Assembly (NCBI GenBank): GCA_040954595.2
Contig: CM082590.2
Span: forward strand, 4,774,001-4,838,000
Length of the DNA stretch: 64,000 nt
Direction: 5' to 3'
From: Balanoglossus misakiensis
Taxonomy: Eukaryota; Animalia; Hemichordata
Notes under the pieces: generated by a model
Seen by the model: the letters and a program-made list of their open reading frames with translations, nothing else
What the model was told of the DNA's origin: nothing
Databases searched by the model: none
Position numbers and translations under genes: made by a program
Shown here: one piece after another, positions 63,307 to 64,000 of the stretch
How positions within the stretch are numbered: position 1 is the stretch's first letter
Layout of the letters: every line of letters starts with the position of its first letter

Positions 63307-63469
63307 ATATATAATCCCATGATATTTTTATTTGTTTGACGTCATCGTATACGAGTGATTTTCGCGGAGCCGTGCAACTTCGAGCCGCAGGCGAGAAGTT
63401 GTACGCCTTCGTGAAAACTACGAGTATACGATGACGTCAAACAAATAAAAATATCATGGGATTATATAT
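63307..63469. repeat. Roughly 160-bp palindromic (fold-back) element
   Basis: atatataatcccatgatatttttatttgtttgacgtcatcgtatac...gtatacgatgacgtcaaacaaataaaaatatcatgggattatatat, with a central gagccgcaggcga. Confidence 0.85.
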
Positions 63470-64000
63470 TTATCACATGAACAGTCTTCTCATTTTTCGT
63501 TAGAAGAGGTAGGATAAAAATATTCCAATATCTTGCTAAAATATTCGAGCGGCCTTGCAGTTTATTTAGCGGGATTACGTTCTTTCCCCTGTGCAACGAT
63601 CTGTGACCCTCACAAGATATGCTAATGATGGAATCACTTTCATTCATAAAGTGAAATCGACTTTCAAGTTTTATACACTTTGCGTCTTGTCTGTAGTCAG
63701 GCGGAGTAATACACTGTTTTATACTTGTTATGCGACACTTGTCGCACTAATACATTGTTCTTGCCCAGTGCGCTTACACTGGACAGAAACACAATGACCG
63801 ATGGGTCGGAAATAAGTCAAATTTTGACGGGTAGTTTTGTTATACAGTTAAGTTAAACGTAGCATGACGGAGGTTTATAAAAAACTATCAATCAGATTCG
63901 CGGAGTCAGTCACATGGGCCAACTTTGACACATTTTGCCTGTCATCATCATCGACTCGCGCTGTGTACGTGTCAACACAACGTCCTAGCAAGTGAGTCAT

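Overview
Animal (AT-rich, intron-containing; probably marine invertebrate, inferred) genomic window with no prokaryotic features. (1) A complete 11-exon minus-strand gene (CDS 20351-38070, about 842 aa) encoding a kinase-less DAPK1-like ROCO protein (ankyrin repeats, ROC GTPase, COR, death domain). (2) The 5' part of a tandem paralogue (exons 1931-6963, continuing off the left edge) in which phase-0 ankyrin exons have been multiplied as exon+intron cassettes. These exons are much more divergent than their flanking introns, and nearly all changes are non-synonymous, many at ankyrin ligand-binding positions. This suggests a diversifying, modular innate-immune sensor family, the best candidate for an undescribed system here. 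(3) An orphan phase 1-1 exon encoding a Cys-containing extracellular-type domain (15792-16202). (4) Many transposon remains: hAT/ZNF862-like, a pogo/Tigger transposase fused in frame to a Gypsy integrase, an RTE-X-like LINE, Kolobok-type and other MITEs. (5) A 225-bp tandem repeat and a roughly 23-kb higher-order array of 0.6-2.4 kb monomers just upstream of the ROCO gene. Exon boundaries, translations and difference counts were read by hand; no searches were run.
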